From the NCBI GenBank assembly GCA_963796965.1, contig CAWCNS010000011.1:448001-512000 (forward strand): 64,000 nt of DNA. Direction: 5' to 3'. Made by a program: the position numbers and the translations under genes. The notes under the pieces are model-generated. The model was not told the DNA's origin, did not search any database, and saw nothing but the letters and a program-made list of their open reading frames with translations. Shown in pieces: positions 21,330-34,369 of this stretch. The stretch's first letter is position 1. Every line of letters starts with the position of its first letter. The DNA comes from Calditrichia bacterium (GTDB lineage Bacteria > Calditrichota > Calditrichia > JAJRVZ01).

Positions 21330-24225
21330 TTAAAATAAAATTTCAAATCCTAAACGGTGCTGGCCTGGTTTCGCCCAGGACCAGGGAATATTCTGGATAC
21401 TATCGCCATCATCTGTACCAATGTCATATTGTTCTTCATTCCTGAATTGTCCGTAGAGTACGGTCATTTAATATATTCCACCATTCCCAGAAAATCCCTA
21501 ATTTTATTGATTTATGTATCGTGAAATTCTTATACAGACGCATATCCACATTCAACCAATCCGGATATCTTCTATCATTGATTGGAGGATATCGGGGGGG
21601 AGATTGCATTGTGGATGAAGTATAGGGTCTACCGGAATTATAAGTTAGTATAAAGTTAATTCCCCAATCGTCAGTCCAGATATTATCAAAATATCCTTCG
21701 GGAATACGATAATCAAAGTTTGCAGAGATCATATGGCGTACATCCCAATCAAGATAAAATTCCTCAGTACGCGGACGACGGTTATGATAATCATCCTCAA
21801 AATGCTTGACGATTATTCGAATTTTTACCTTTTGCCCGGGAATACGTATACGCTATATTCAGTATGGTATTATACCAGCGTCGTGTTTTGAGGGCAACTT
21901 CAAAACCTTTTACCTCAGCATAATCAGCATTGATATTCACCCAGTATGGGGTGCCAGTCTCATCATCTCTGAATTTTTGTTTGTTGACCAAATCAGCTAT
22001 ATCTTTATAAAAACCGGTAATAACTAATTTAACATCATCGGAGAATCCGTGCTCGACGCCCGCTTCATAGGAAATAATTTTCTCCCAATCCATATTCGGA
22101 TTACCCATATATTTATATGCACCCAGCATTGCCCAGCTATAATTTTCATAAAGGGTACCCATGTTAGGCATACCGTAATAATGGCCATAGTTAATATGAA
22201 AAACATCATGCGCACTGATCGGGAAGGCAATACCCAGGCGGGGCATCAAAATGGATCGGCTTCTGGCTTGTGTAGGATTTTTTATCCGATCTTCGGCTGG
22301 CGAAAGCGGATTTTGGTACAATTCGCTATTTGGATCTTTCGCATCGGCAACCAGCGGATCGGTAAAATTTTCCGGAACGATCGCATCCGGGTCAAAAAAA
22401 ACAAAACGGAGACCGGCATTGACAATCATACCATTAGTTTCAATTTTATCCTCAATATAGGCTGAAATTTTCTTTGGTCGTATATCTTCAAAAAAATTAG
22501 TATACTCATTGCCGCCAGATGCAAGACCCTCATACCACATATACAGATCATATAATTTAAATTCTGCGCCGATACGTAGTTCGTTGTATTCATTCAATTG
22601 GCTGACCAGATCGCCAGCGAAGGTCCAGACCGTTTGGCAGTCGTCCTGGCGATCTCTCAAAACAAACATTGGTTGTATAAACCATTCGCTCTCGAGTGTC
22701 AGTGCCGTTGGTGCACCCGGAGGGAAAAAATCGGAATGCGCAGGATTTGCAAAACGCAGAGTTCGAAAATCATCCAAACCTAATGGTTTGCCGGTTGCCG
22801 GATCATAGGTACGGGATTTCCCTTCCGTCATAAAATAATTAATATCCAATTTATAAAACGTTTTGGACGAAACCGTATTTTTATAACTGAGAGCAAATAG
22901 ATTACTGCCGTATTCCGAACGGGGGATGTTATTTGTCATATCATAATTCTTAACCGCTTCTAAGGTCCCATCCGGATGAACGATAGAACCGACAAGTACC
23001 TTATATGGTTTTTCGGAGCCTTTATTGTAACCATAAAGCGTATCACCGGTGGTTACAATGGATCTATAATAATGAACATTATAAGTTAGTTCACCATGCG
23101 AGGTAAGGAAGGTAAAGGTAAAAGTTGAATTTGAAGCGGTGTTATAGACCAACTTCAGATTCCATGTTTCTTGCTGCCCGGACTGACCGACAAAAAAGCC
23201 GCCACGATCGATAAAATCCCCGTTGATATTAAAAGACATGCTACCGCCAACGCCCAGACCGGTCAATGGAATCGGTCCACCAAAGCCAATTTCGTAACGA
23301 CGAAATCTCGGATTTAAGAACTGTTTTGATGGGGGCGCATAATAATCGTCATTGACATCTGCACTACCTGTCCCAACATGTTTTCTCTGTTCGGTCATTT
23401 TTTCATGGGAGATATAACCCGTTGGCTGCCCAAAACTATAATCTATAATATTACCATCACCGTACTCACTTGGGGTCATTTTAGTCCTCATATAACCACT
23501 AAAATTAGAACCTCCTGATTTGGTAATAATATTGACCACAGCTGATTTGGCACCGTACTGAGCACTCATACCACCGGTAATGACCTGTACTTCCTGCACA
23601 GCTGCTTCAGGAATATCCGTAGCCATATCAGCATTACCTTGCCCCGCTGGGGCACCAATATCATGTTCAGCAATAGGATTAGAAACATCTACATCATCAA
23701 TAAAATATTTAACCTCTCCGTTGTCTATTCGTCCACCACGGAAAGAACCCTCTACGAAGCCAGCGGTTAAACCAACTGTTCTGGCAATATCATCAACAGG
23801 CTGAGAAGCAATTACATCTCCAGTAATAACGGTACGAGATGACGTATTGTCTAAATGAATTAATTCCCGCTCAGCAACTACTTCGACAACCTCCTGGATT
23901 TCCAATACAGTCTGATCCATATCGAAATCACACCGGGTAGTTCCATCAGCACTAAAACACGGATATTTTTAATCAGGATCTCTTTATATCCAATATAAGA
24001 TACTTGTAACTCATGCAAACCAACCGGCACATTAACAATTACATAGTATCCATCATGGTCTGTAGATGCACCAAGTGTGGTACCTACAAGAAGAATGTTT
24101 ACACCGGGAAGAGGTTCACCAGTGTTTTTGTCCTTGACAAAACCTGAAATTTTACCTGTTGTACCGGCAACAAGAGAGGAAAAAAGAATTAAAAGAATCA
24201 GAAATACTACCAAAGTTCGAACCAT
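21330..24225 (-). CDS. TonB-dependent receptor with carboxypeptidase-regulatory-like N-domain, 3 frameshifts
   Basis: GTTGKISGFVKDKNTGEPLPGVN; plug (GGMSAQYG..VVNIITKSG); barrel motifs; reconstructed C-terminus RLGFEILF. Confidence 0.88.
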
Positions 24226-24569
24226 TGCAAACCTCCCATTTATTGAATGGGTGATGAATGTTTTCGGTCAACTAGGTATTTCTGCGTTTCAGTTTAATAT
24301 GAGGTGCAAGTTAGCAAGGGGCCAATTAAAAAGATCGGTCTATAAGAATATCTTCATAAAAGGTAAATTAAGATTAGTTTTTACATATATATACAGAGGT
24401 ACTATTTAAAAGTTTGAAAACAATGAGTCTGATTATAATATATTAATAGAGGTATTGGAATGCAATAAATAAATGCATGATAGAAAGGAAGCGTGAATGG
24501 TGGTATTAATTGTCAATTGTCTATTGATAATTTATGAGACTCTCCTTCAAAGGAGCCAAGACAATATAG

Positions 24570-24790
24570 AAAATCCTAAATTCTAATATCTAAATCCTAA
24601 ACAATTCCAAAATCCGAATTCCAAAATCAAAAATATTATTTATTCTCTTTATGTATTATGTCTAAAATCCTTACAACCCCCTTACCCCCTTTTTTAAGGG
24701 GGAACATATCACGCTATCCATGATCTCGTATCGCGTATCTCCTATCCCACATCTCATATCCCGCATCTCGTATCCCGAATCACGAATCGC
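24570..24790. repeat. 7-bp periodic arrays plus cccccttttttaaggggg hairpin
   Basis: aaatcct/aaattct/aatatct units; tctcgta/tcgcgta/tcccgca units. Confidence 0.65.
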
Positions 24791-26095
24791 GCTACATCCG
24801 TTTTAATCACCACCAACGTCATATCATCCGTCTGGGGGGCGGTGCCGGCATGCTCCTGGACCTGAACCAACAATTTATCCGTCAATTCTTTTGGCGTGGC
24901 ATTCAGATTTTCTTTAATTACTTCCAGAATACGATCTTCCTCAAATTCCTCTTCCAGCAGATTCATCGCTTCACTGATACCATCGGAAAATGTAACCAGG
25001 ATATCGCCCTTATTAAAAGGAACCACTTCTTCTGTATAGTCAAAATCCTCCAACCATCCCAGCGGAATCCCCACCGCCTCCAGACGACGAATGGTCCCGT
25101 CCTGGGAGACCAAAAAAGGATTGTTATGACCGGCATTGGCAAAGGATAGTTCATTTTTTTCCGTATTAAGAACACCATAAAACATGGTGGCATATTTTTC
25201 CATATCGGTACTGTGATACAATAAACCGTTTGATCGTTTCATACAGTCCAGCGCCCCTTGACATCCCATAGTAGTGCCACGGAGCGTGGCTTGCAGGTTG
25301 GCCATTAATAATGCGGCGGGCATCCCCTTTCCGGAGACATCGCCAAGACAAAAAATAAGACAAGAACTGTTCTTGGATATAAAATCATAATAATCCCCGC
25401 CCACTTCCTGAGCAGGTGTGCTCATACCATAAGCTTCATATCCTTTTAGAACAGGCATTTCGCTGGGCAGAAGGTTTGTCTGGATGTTTCTGGCCAGGTT
25501 CATCTCCTGCTGCATTTTCTGATATTCCGTCTCTTCCAAATATAAACGGGCACTTTCGATAACCTGGGCTGATTGGGCCCCGATTATCGTAAGTAAACGC
25601 CGGTCATTATCTGTAAAATCCGCTTCAGCTCGTTTATTGAAAACGGTGAGAACCCCAATCATTTTTCCTTTTTGTGTTAAGGGCACGGCAAGAAGGGAGC
25701 GAATAAAATGATCTTCATTCTTAACAACCTGAAAACGCTCGTCGGTTTCCAGATTTTGAATAATTAAGGGTTGTTGATTTTTAATCATCCAGCCGGTTAA
25801 TTGAGTATCAAGGCGGTATGGCAAGCGGTCTGCTTGGGAGTTTACTTTGCGGAACATCGTTTTTAGCGGCGTTGCTTCATCCTGGGCTTCTAAAAGCCAA
25901 ATCGCTCCCTGATCTACTTTCAAATGCTTGACGCATTTCTGCACAATTAATTCAATTACACGATTTAAATCCAAAGTCGAACTTATGGCAGTGGCAATCT
26001 CGTTTAGTACAGATAGTTCTTCTACTGCGATACGCAAACGTTGGTTTTCAGATTTTAATTGTTCTAATTCTTGTGGTATTTCAGCGGGACTTCAT
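24754..26095 (-). CDS. GAF + SpoIIE phosphatase (paralog of 15982-17265); indels near both ends
   Basis: VGGDYYD, GDVSGKG, FSDGISE, DDMT; reconstructed start MSPAEIPQELEQLKSENQRL at 26095 with RBS GGAG. Confidence 0.9.
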
Positions 26096-26131
26096 TTATA
26101 TGCTCCATAAAAAAGATGAAATCTCTTTTCA

Positions 26132-26647
26132 CTAGATATTTTGCTTCATTAATCCTGATTCAACAGGATATAAATCGATTAATTTCATTGGTAGTTTTCT
26201 TCCAAATGTTTGGAAGGTTTGCAACCAGAGTATATGGTTTCCTGATATATATATATAGTGAAAAGCACCCATTCCCAGAGCGATAAAGACGCTGATCCTA
26301 TGTAGGCTTTTATGGTTCGAATATGGGAAAATGGACTGTTTTTGGCCACTTTCATCTTATCCATCATTTGATAAAATATCTTTTACTGTCTCTTCATTGT
26401 CCTGATAATAGGAGATGTAGAGCAAGTCTTTTTTTTCTCTACCGTATTCGGCGATAATGTTTTTACTGGCTGCCACGGATAATCCATGTAATTTATTAAT
26501 TTCTTCAATCGCTTCCCCGCCAGTTATAACTTTGCTTAGCTCAAGATCACCTAAAGTCTTCGGCACAGCTAAATCACTTTTCTCCTGACAACTAATTATG
26601 AGAAAAGAAATAATGAGCAAAAATATGTAGTTTTGCATCTTATGCAT
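26132..26647 (-). CDS. Hypothetical lipoprotein, frameshifted
   Basis: Lipobox IISC; collinear ORF pieces 26357-26647 and 26185-26367. Confidence 0.55.
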
Positions 26648-27063
26648 TATTATTTCTTATAGGATTATTAATTACTTTTATTGTTTGCGACCCTCAAAAA
26701 TGACCATAATAAAAGGTTTTAATGATAAGATCTTTTTTGATTCTCCTTGCCCTCCAAAGAGACTTTAAAAAGGATTTAAATTTTGCTTGAACTTCGTTTA
26801 TATTATTAAAAATAGATTAGTGAAATCTAAAAAAATTAGTCTTGGCTCGTTTTACAAGTGCAATTCGTGGATAGAGTTTTCTTGATTTGTCGCTGCGGCG
26901 TCGCGGCGCTGCGTGAAATATAGTTAATAAATATAACAGACTTATGATACTATCCAGAAGGGATATTTCCAAATGAAATATGTCTCTATACTAGAAGGAA
27001 GATTCCTCCGGGATGACAAATTTAAATATTTCTTTCCGTCTTCGCGCCTTTGCGTGAGCTGAC

Positions 27064-27974
27064 TTATGTCCTATTAATCTCAGAAATCACAGATCCAGAC
27101 ACTGCTTCCTCAGCATGATATGAACTTCTGACCAAAGGTCCTGATTCCACATGGGTGAAACCCATTTCGAAACCCAGTTCCTTCAGATCTGCAAACTCTT
27201 CAGGTCGATAATAGCGTTGAAGTGGATAATGTGCTTTGGTAGGTGGAAGATATTGTCCAATGGTCAAAATTTCGCAACCAACTTCACGTATATCAGTCAG
27301 AACTTCAGCAATTTCATCAAACGTCTCACCGACGCCAACCATAATTCCGGATTTGGTCACGGCTCCTTCCTCTTTTGCCCACTTTAATATTTGTAACGAT
27401 CTCTCATAATTGGCCTGGACACGTAAATCTTTCTGAAGTCTTTTTACCGTCTCTAAATTATGATTGAGAATATCCGGTTTTGAATTGAGAACAATATTAA
27501 GACTTTCCCGATCACCTTTTAAATCAGAAATTAAAGCCTCGACTGTACAATCCGGTTGGACCCGTTTTATCTCCCGTACGGTCTCCGCCACAATAAATGC
27601 ACCACCATCTTTTAAATCATCCCTGGCGACCATGGTTAGAACAGCATGTTTCAATCTCATTTTCATGGCAGCTTCAGCGATTCGCTTAGGTTCCTCCGGG
27701 TCATAGTGGTGCGGTTTGCCCACTTTTATATTACAAAATGTGCATGAACGTGTGCAGACATCCCCAAGAAGCATAAAGGTAGCCGTCCCTCTGGACCAGC
27801 ATTCTCCCAGGTTTGGGCAACGGGCGCTTTCACAAACGGTATGGAGGTCTTTTTATCAATAAGATGGCGAACATCACTAAAGGTACGCCCCGAACCCAGA
27901 CGTACACGCAACCATTCAGGCCGGCGTAGTGATTCATTCTGTACAATATTTAATGGATTTGTTTTTGATGGCAT
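27064..27974 (-). CDS. lipA: Lipoyl synthase, frameshift at ~27850
   Basis: RPEWL, LHTVCESARCPNLGEC, CTRSCTFC, VRSSYHA. Confidence 0.95.
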
Positions 27975-28003
27975 TTGTATTATGTATAATCCTGAATAGT
28001 CTT

Positions 28004-28143
28004 TTCACGCAAAGCCGCGAAGACGCAAAGATCACAGAGTTTTTAATAATTATATTATTTTATACGATTTTCTTTAGTTTTTATCAATATACCTTCAATT
28101 TGATGTCAATATTTAGCGACTTCGTGACGGTCTTTGCGTGAGA
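28004..28143. repeat. Family A inverted-repeat cassette
   Basis: ttcacgcaaagccgcgaagacgcaaag ... gtctttgcgtgaga. Confidence 0.7.
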
Positions 28144-28267
28144 TATTCAACTCTTATCAGAAGAATCAACTATTTCCATCTATAAAAATTCGATTTTATG
28201 CTTGTAGATTATCCAATTTTCAACTATTCAATTTTCAATTATTTAATGGCCAGTGGCCAATTTTTAA

Positions 28268-29264
28268 TTAAAATCTGATAAGGGCTGAGGCCCAGGTAAA
28301 TCCGCTTCCAAAAGCGGCCAGGCAGACAAGAGAGCCCTCTTTAATTTTACCTTCTTCGATTGCCTCACTCATGGCAATCGGGATTGAGGCGGCGGTGGTA
28401 TTTCCATATTTTGCCACATTACTATAGACCTTGTCTTCGGTCAGTTCTAGTTTCATCCTAACCGCATCAGTTATTCGTTGGTTCGCCTGATGAGGAATGA
28501 CCAAATCCACTTCACTTTTTTCCACTCCGGCAGCCTCAAGTGCTTCCCAAATAACCTCAGGAAACCTGGTTACAGCATTTTTAAATACATGGCGTCCATT
28601 CATATAAGGATAGAGCACCAGGTTCATCAACCATCTCGTGAGTTATCATCGGATTTCGGCAACTCCCAGGTAGTTCCTGCCATAATTCTTTTGAATAGCG
28701 TCCATCTGCATGCATATGTGTAGTGAGAATACCTTTATTTTCATCGTCTGTTCGAGACACGACCACTGCTCCGGCACCATCACCAAAGATTACGGCAACA
28801 TCACGGCCTTCCGTTGTTTTATTAAGACCGCGCGACTGAACCTCTGAGCCGACCAATAATATATTTTTATACATACCGGTTTTTATAAATTGATCCGCAA
28901 CGGATAAACCATAGACAAAACCGCTACATTGGTTGCGAATGTCAAGCGCTCCGATAGTAGCCAATTCAAGTTTCTCCGACAACAAACAACCTGTACCGGG
29001 TAAATAATGCTCAGGACTCAATGTGGCAAATACAATAAAATCAATATCTTGCGGGATTAGACCTGCGTTTTCAATGGCTATTCTGGAAGCTCGTTCAGCC
29101 AGATCAACATTGTTATCTTTATCATCAATCCAGCGTCTTTCTTTAATACCCGTGCGCTCCTGAATCCACTCATCTGAAGTATCCATCAATTTTTGTAAAT
29201 CAAAATTCGTGACAACACGTTCTGGTACATAATGACCAACACCGGATATTTTTGCTCTATACAT
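28268..29264 (-). CDS. fabH: 3-oxoacyl-ACP synthase III, frameshift at ~28620
   Basis: NQCSGF, FGDGAGA, PHQAN, YGNTTAASIP. Confidence 0.95.
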
Positions 29265-29508
29265 ATGTTCCTCTCATTAATATTAAGTTACAATAATTGC
29301 CAAAATATACGGGTAAAGCAGATTATTTCAAAACAATATTGGCGACTTTTAGTCCCCTACCTAGACCCGGAAATTCTCTGGATTAAAATCAAATATTAAA
29401 CACAAAGATCTCAATCAGACATTAGGATTTGGTCGTTCTTGTAACAAATATGTTAGATAAAATATCATGTGTGTGCGGTTAAAAAATACAATCAATGATT
29501 TAAGTAAA

Positions 29509-29627
29509 TAACTCATTCCAAACCCCTTCTTTTGAAGAAGAGAAGGGGCTCCTTAAAGTCCCTCTCTTTTCAAGAGAAGGATTTTCCCGAAAGGGATGCC
29601 TTCGGCAAGGGTGAGTTCTTTAAATCA
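29509..29627. repeat. Paired hairpin element (AACTCA..CCCCT type) with nested hairpin
   Basis: aactcattccaaaccccttc...gaagggg and ccctctc...gggtgagtt arms; shared with 6325-6408. Confidence 0.7.
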
Positions 29628-29657
29628 AATTACACCGAGGAGGACAGAAAATTAATA

Positions 29658-30074
29658 TCAGGCTGGTACCTTGAGGGAGACATCTACATTTTTATCCCTG
29701 CCATTATGCCACTTTTTATATAGCCATGAAAAAATTACAATACCCAGAACATCAGCCAGAAAATCATAGATATCTGCATAGCGTCCAGGCACCCATAATT
29801 GATGAATTTCATCAGACGCTGCATAGATAAAACAAATGAAGAGTGTTATGTGGAAATATTTTTGCTGACGTTCCCGATTCTGAGAATGATGGACACCCCG
29901 GGCAACTAACCACCCTAATAAACCAAACACGCTAAAATGAAGAATTTTATCTGACCAGGTAACACCCAAATCAGGGATTTCTAATTGGCTCATTGATGAT
30001 TGGACAAAAATAGCCAACATCAATACCTGCCAGGGTAATTGATATATCAAATAATTTTTTAATTTCGAATTCAA
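29658..30074 (-). CDS. VanZ family membrane protein
   Basis: DKILHFSVF, DEIHQLWVPGR..DFLAD. Confidence 0.88.
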   Translation of the reverse strand: MNSKLKNYLIYQLPWQVLMLAIFVQSSMSQLEIPDLGVTWSDKILHFSVFGLLGWLVARGVHHSQNRERQQKYFHITLFICFIYAASDEIHQLWVPGRYADIYDFLADVLGIVIFSWLYKKWHNGRDKNVDVSLKVPA

Positions 30075-30717
30075 TTTAAGTTCTACTTTCTACTTTTTTT
30101 TGGTTTTTCTCTGCCCTTCAATGGAGGATCAACTGAACCTGTTGAATAGTTGTGAATTTCTTTTTAACCACAAAGTGCACCAAGAATGCACAAAGTAAAA
30201 TGGTAATTAAGTATTTAGAATTAACAGTCTATAAATTGGAAAATGTAATAAGAATGGATTTAATCTATCGATATTCTAACCATATTCTTAATTCGTAATC
30301 ATTAATTCTTAATTTCATTGCGGCCTCTACCAAACGCACTCCTTTGGGGGTGCCTATTTTGAGAAATCTGTGGTGTAGAATTGCACAATTCTGACCATAA
30401 TTCAAATAAATCGGCCAAAACTTAGATATATCGTTTGAAAAAACAAAAATATTTAAATTTTGCTATCTTTAAAAGTGACTCAGATCACGTTAATATTTAT
30501 GGGCGGAATAGTTAAATAAATCATTTCGTTGACGATAATATAAATTGAAAGAAATTTATGAGTTAATTATATTAATACCATTAATAAGTGATAACTTAGG
30601 GTAAGAAGATCTATATAGACTGTTTATATCTCTGATTATTAAGCGTTTACAGCTTTTCGGTTTCAAATAGATAGATACTAAAGTAAAACCAATAACCAGA
30701 TTGATAGAATTCGACAA

Positions 30718-31140
30718 ATGGGCGAAATAAAGAAAAAAAAGTTTAAACTGGAGTTTTTCAGCGATACAAAATATTTAGAAAAGGTTGAGAGACTAAGTAC
30801 AAAAGTGGCCGGATACGCCCTTCTCAGTGAGAGCGAAAATGATGATCTTGGCATCGTAACCACTGAACTCGTCAATAATGCCATTCATCATGGTAATAAA
30901 AATGATCCTACAAAAAAAGTAAAAATTGTATTCACTGTTGATAGTGACAAACTTGAGCTGAGAATATTTGATGAAGGAAAAGGTTTTGATCCGGAAAAAT
31001 TAAAAGATCCGCTTGCGCCAGAGAATCTCTTTAGTGAGAGTGGCAGAGGCATCTTCCTTATAAAAAATCTTATGGACAGTCTTGACTTCGAATTCACTGA
31101 CTCAGGAACCCAAACGATTGTAACCAAAAACTTACACTAA
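30718..31140 (+). CDS. RsbW-like anti-sigma Ser kinase (HATPase_c_2)
   Basis: ELVNNAIHHGN, DEGKGFD, ESGRGIFL. Confidence 0.9.
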   Translation: MGEIKKKKFKLEFFSDTKYLEKVERLSTKVAGYALLSESENDDLGIVTTELVNNAIHHGNKNDPTKKVKIVFTVDSDKLELRIFDEGKGFDPEKLKDPLAPENLFSESGRGIFLIKNLMDSLDFEFTDSGTQTIVTKNLH

Positions 31141-31287
31141 TACCTACCGATCATCATCGCAAAGAACTCTCTGAGAAAGCTACCCAAACAATAATACATT
31201 TTAAATGTCCCTGAATTAATCATTTATTATAAAAGTTTAATCTATTGGCGCTGAATCATTAAATTGAAAAGACAAATATGAATTCCT

Positions 31288-31476
31288 TTTCAAGCAAAGA
31301 TGCTAAGTCGCAAAGTTTGTTTAAGAATTAGGAAAAAGGAAAAAAGACAAAAATAATTAATTTTCAATGATCTTTTTATAACCCCAAGAGTCTGATTATA
31401 TAGATTAGACTTTTAATAGTTCTTTTGTCATTTTTCTTTTGTCTTTAATCTTAATAACTTGCATCGCTGCGTGAAA
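31288..31476. repeat. Degenerate family A cassette
   Basis: tttcaagcaaagatgctaagtcgcaaag ... cttgcatcgctgcgtgaaa. Confidence 0.55.
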
Positions 31477-31521
31477 TAAATTAATTATAGTTTAATTAAA
31501 ATTCTTTTTACACAGTTCGAA

Positions 31522-32637
31522 ATGAAAGAACAAAAAACAGTTGTTGTTGCCATGAGCGGTGGCGTAGATAGTTCTGTTGCCGCCCTTCTCCTCCATGAGC
31601 AGGGTTATAGAATAATTGGCATCACAATGAAATTATGGGACTATGAAGAAGTTGGTGGAAACATCAATCAGGAGAGTGGTTGCTGTTCCTTATCCTCCTT
31701 TAATGATGCAAGGGAGATTTGCGTCTCCATGGGAGTACCCCATTATATTCTAAATTTTAGCCGGGAATTCCATAAGGAAGTGGTTGAAGATTTTATCGAT
31801 GAATACCTTGCCGGCAGAACGCCTAATCCCTGCGTACAATGTAATACCAAAATAAAGTGGAAAACTCTCGTAGAAAAAGCAGAGGAGCCTGGTGCAGATT
31901 ATATTGCCACAGGACATTACGCCCGTACGATGTTTAATACTTCAACAAATCGATATGAATTGCATAAGGCTAAAGACAGGAAAAAAGACCAATCGTATGC
32001 TTTATGGGGCATCCGTCAATCCAGCTTAGCAAAAACATTATTTCCCCTCGGCGAGTTAACGAAACCTGAAGTTCGTGATTTAGCCCGTAAATATGATCTT
32101 TCTACTGCAGAGAAGAAGGAAAGTCAGGAGATTTGCTTTATCCCCGATAATAATTACCACCGCTTGTTAAAAACAGTTTATCCGGATCTTGATAAAAACG
32201 TGGGTAAAGGCAAGATGATCGATGTACAGGGTAATAATGTCGGCCAACATCAGGGGTATCCTTTCTATACCATTGGTCAAAGAAAGGGTTTAGGTGGTGG
32301 ATTTTCTGAGCCGGTCTATGTCGTAGATATCAATGCTGAGAAAAACAATATTACCATAGGTAATAAAAATGCCTTATATTGCGAGAAGTTTATCGTGGAT
32401 CAGATCAATTTGGTCAGTCAGGAGAGGATTGACCAGGCAATTAAAGCACATGTTAAGATTCGTTATAACGATGAGGGACATCCCAGTACCTTGCACCCTC
32501 TTAAAGATGGAAAGATTCACATTAAATTCGATACTCCTCAATTAGCCGTTACACCGGGTCAATCCGCTGTGTTTTTTTCTGGTGAGAAAATCATTGGAGG
32601 AGGAATTATTGAAAAACGTTTCGATCAGCGCGGTTGA
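31522..32637 (+). CDS. mnmA: tRNA-specific 2-thiouridylase
   Basis: AMSGGVDSS, PNPCVQCN, ATGHY, KDQSY, ESQEICF, TPGQSAV. Confidence 0.97.
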   Translation: MKEQKTVVVAMSGGVDSSVAALLLHEQGYRIIGITMKLWDYEEVGGNINQESGCCSLSSFNDAREICVSMGVPHYILNFSREFHKEVVEDFIDEYLAGRTPNPCVQCNTKIKWKTLVEKAEEPGADYIATGHYARTMFNTSTNRYELHKAKDRKKDQSYALWGIRQSSLAKTLFPLGELTKPEVRDLARKYDLSTAEKKESQEICFIPDNNYHRLLKTVYPDLDKNVGKGKMIDVQGNNVGQHQGYPFYTIGQRKGLGGGFSEPVYVVDINAEKNNITIGNKNALYCEKFIVDQINLVSQERIDQAIKAHVKIRYNDEGHPSTLHPLKDGKIHIKFDTPQLAVTPGQSAVFFSGEKIIGGGIIEKRFDQRG

Positions 32638-32760
32638 TTTTATTAAAAGTGCTACATTTAGGAACCTATTCCAGCACTCCATAGTTAAATATAAAAAAAG
32701 TTGACTTTGAGGCTTTCGCTTAATATTTTCTATACAAAATATACTGTGAAGGATTACCAA

Positions 32761-33282
32761 ATGAAGTATATGAAACACATCACTCTTCTACTCATAGTTT
32801 TACCAATACTTGGTTTTGCACAATTAAAAACAAATGTCACTAAACCCAATATTTCGGAAACACTTGAAACAGGTACAAGCAATGATGCTTTTGTAGGATT
32901 TCTTGATCCTTCTCGCATTCATATGAGCCACAGTCTATCCATGTCCTATATGTCTTTTGGGGGGGGCGGCGCTGTAGTTAACTCATACGTAAATACACTT
33001 AATTATAAATTTTCAGATGATCTGTTTCTGACTACTAATATTGGCATTATGAACACGCCCTACAGTACACTCCCAGGCAACGAGGACCAAAATGGGTATG
33101 AGTTTTTTGGTGGGGCGGAACTGAAATATTTTCCAACCAAGAATTCTGCAATATATTTGAGAGTTGAAAAACTTCCTGGTTTATATTCTGGAAATTATTA
33201 TAACCGCTACGGTAATCCTTATCGTAGCTCCTTTAGTAATTCCTATAACAGCCCTTTTGACTACTCCCAACCAGAGTGGTAG
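32761..33282 (+). CDS. Hypothetical exported protein
   Basis: Signal peptide ending GFA-Q; beta-rich; Tyr/Asn-rich tail. Confidence 0.6.
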   Translation: MKYMKHITLLLIVLPILGFAQLKTNVTKPNISETLETGTSNDAFVGFLDPSRIHMSHSLSMSYMSFGGGGAVVNSYVNTLNYKFSDDLFLTTNIGIMNTPYSTLPGNEDQNGYEFFGGAELKYFPTKNSAIYLRVEKLPGLYSGNYYNRYGNPYRSSFSNSYNSPFDYSQPEW

Positions 33283-33337
33283 GGGAAATTAAAAAATTGA
33301 CATTCATTTCTAAACACCATCCCACCTTAATAATATT

Positions 33338-33517
33338 AAATGTCAAAATCTTAATTTCAAATAAATTCCCAAATTCCAATTTAATTGAAATTCAGGTAAA
33401 AGTATTAATAATTAAGTCATTGTGACTTTATTTGGCATTTGGGCTTGGGTATTTGACATTTATTTTAATCTCATATCTTAGTAATGTCTTTGCGGCTTTG
33501 CGCCTTTGCGTGAGCTC
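33338..33517. repeat. Inverted pair of 7-bp arrays plus a family A right arm
   Basis: aaatgtcaaa... vs ...atttgacatt; ctttgcggctttgcgcctttgcgtgag. Confidence 0.6.
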
Positions 33518-33631
33518 AATGAAGCTGCGTTATAATAATTTATTTTGATTAAAAATAGATATCATATTAAATTACGGTCTTGTATAGACAGAAATTAAAT
33601 CCGTTTAATAACAACAAAATACGGCAAACAT

Positions 33632-34235
33632 TTGCGCAGAAAAAGAAGACAGTCAACCCAGATAACACGTAAAAAAAGTATTCAGGAATCAGCTGTTACC
33701 TCGTATGTTCCACCTCCCAAATCCGGAGGTAACGGTCGAAAGGTCTTATATTTTATCATTACGATTGCTCTTTTAGCAGTTGTGAGCTGATTATCTTTAC
33801 GACTTAAGTTTTATAGATGAGAGGTCTCCCAACTCTGAACAAGTAGTAAACAATGAAAACGAGAGCATTGCAACTGGGGACAGTTCTGACCAACCCCTCT
33901 CGCAAGAAGAACCTCCACCGTTTGAACATAAAATCCAGATCGAGATATTAAATGGATGTGGAAAAACCGGTGTCGCTAAAATATTTCAGAGATATCTGCG
34001 TGACCAGGGATTTGATGTTGTTAATACTGAAAACTATGTGAAGAATGGTAAAGTATTTTGGCAGTTAGAAAAATCTTTTGTAATCGATCAGATTGGTGTG
34101 GAATCACAGGCCAAACTTGTGGCGAAATCACTCGGTATTCCCATAGAATATGTTGAAAGCAGACAAAATCCTAATGCTATTTACGACGTGAGTGTCGTGA
34201 TCGGAAAGGATTATAAAAAACTCATATCAGAGTAA
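33632..34235 (+). CDS. LytR C-terminal domain-containing membrane protein, frameshift at ~33789
   Basis: Basic N-terminus, TM, then IQIEILNGCGKTGVA...GFDVVNTEN...DVSVVIGKDY. Confidence 0.8.
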
Positions 34236-34369
34236 TAAAACACACAAACCGTCAAATCATAATAAGTCGTGATATCCCCTCAATGATATTATGTGGAAGT
34301 TCTAAAGTACTCATATTTGCTTCCCGGCGGCTTTACCCATCAAACATTTAAAATTAAATTGAATTATAT

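Noticed and set aside
24754..24791. C-terminal tail ARFVIRDTRCGI of the SpoIIE protein
   Set aside because: Read-through into the 7-bp array caused by a probable extra A; the corrected frame stops at ~24792
27064..29264. lipA and fabH as true pseudogenes or programmed frameshifts
   Set aside because: Single indels with all catalytic motifs intact, matching the window-wide error pattern
30320..30360. ggcctctacca plus hairpin as a tRNA/tmRNA 3' end or att site
   Set aside because: No T-arm or cloverleaf upstream and no integrase nearby
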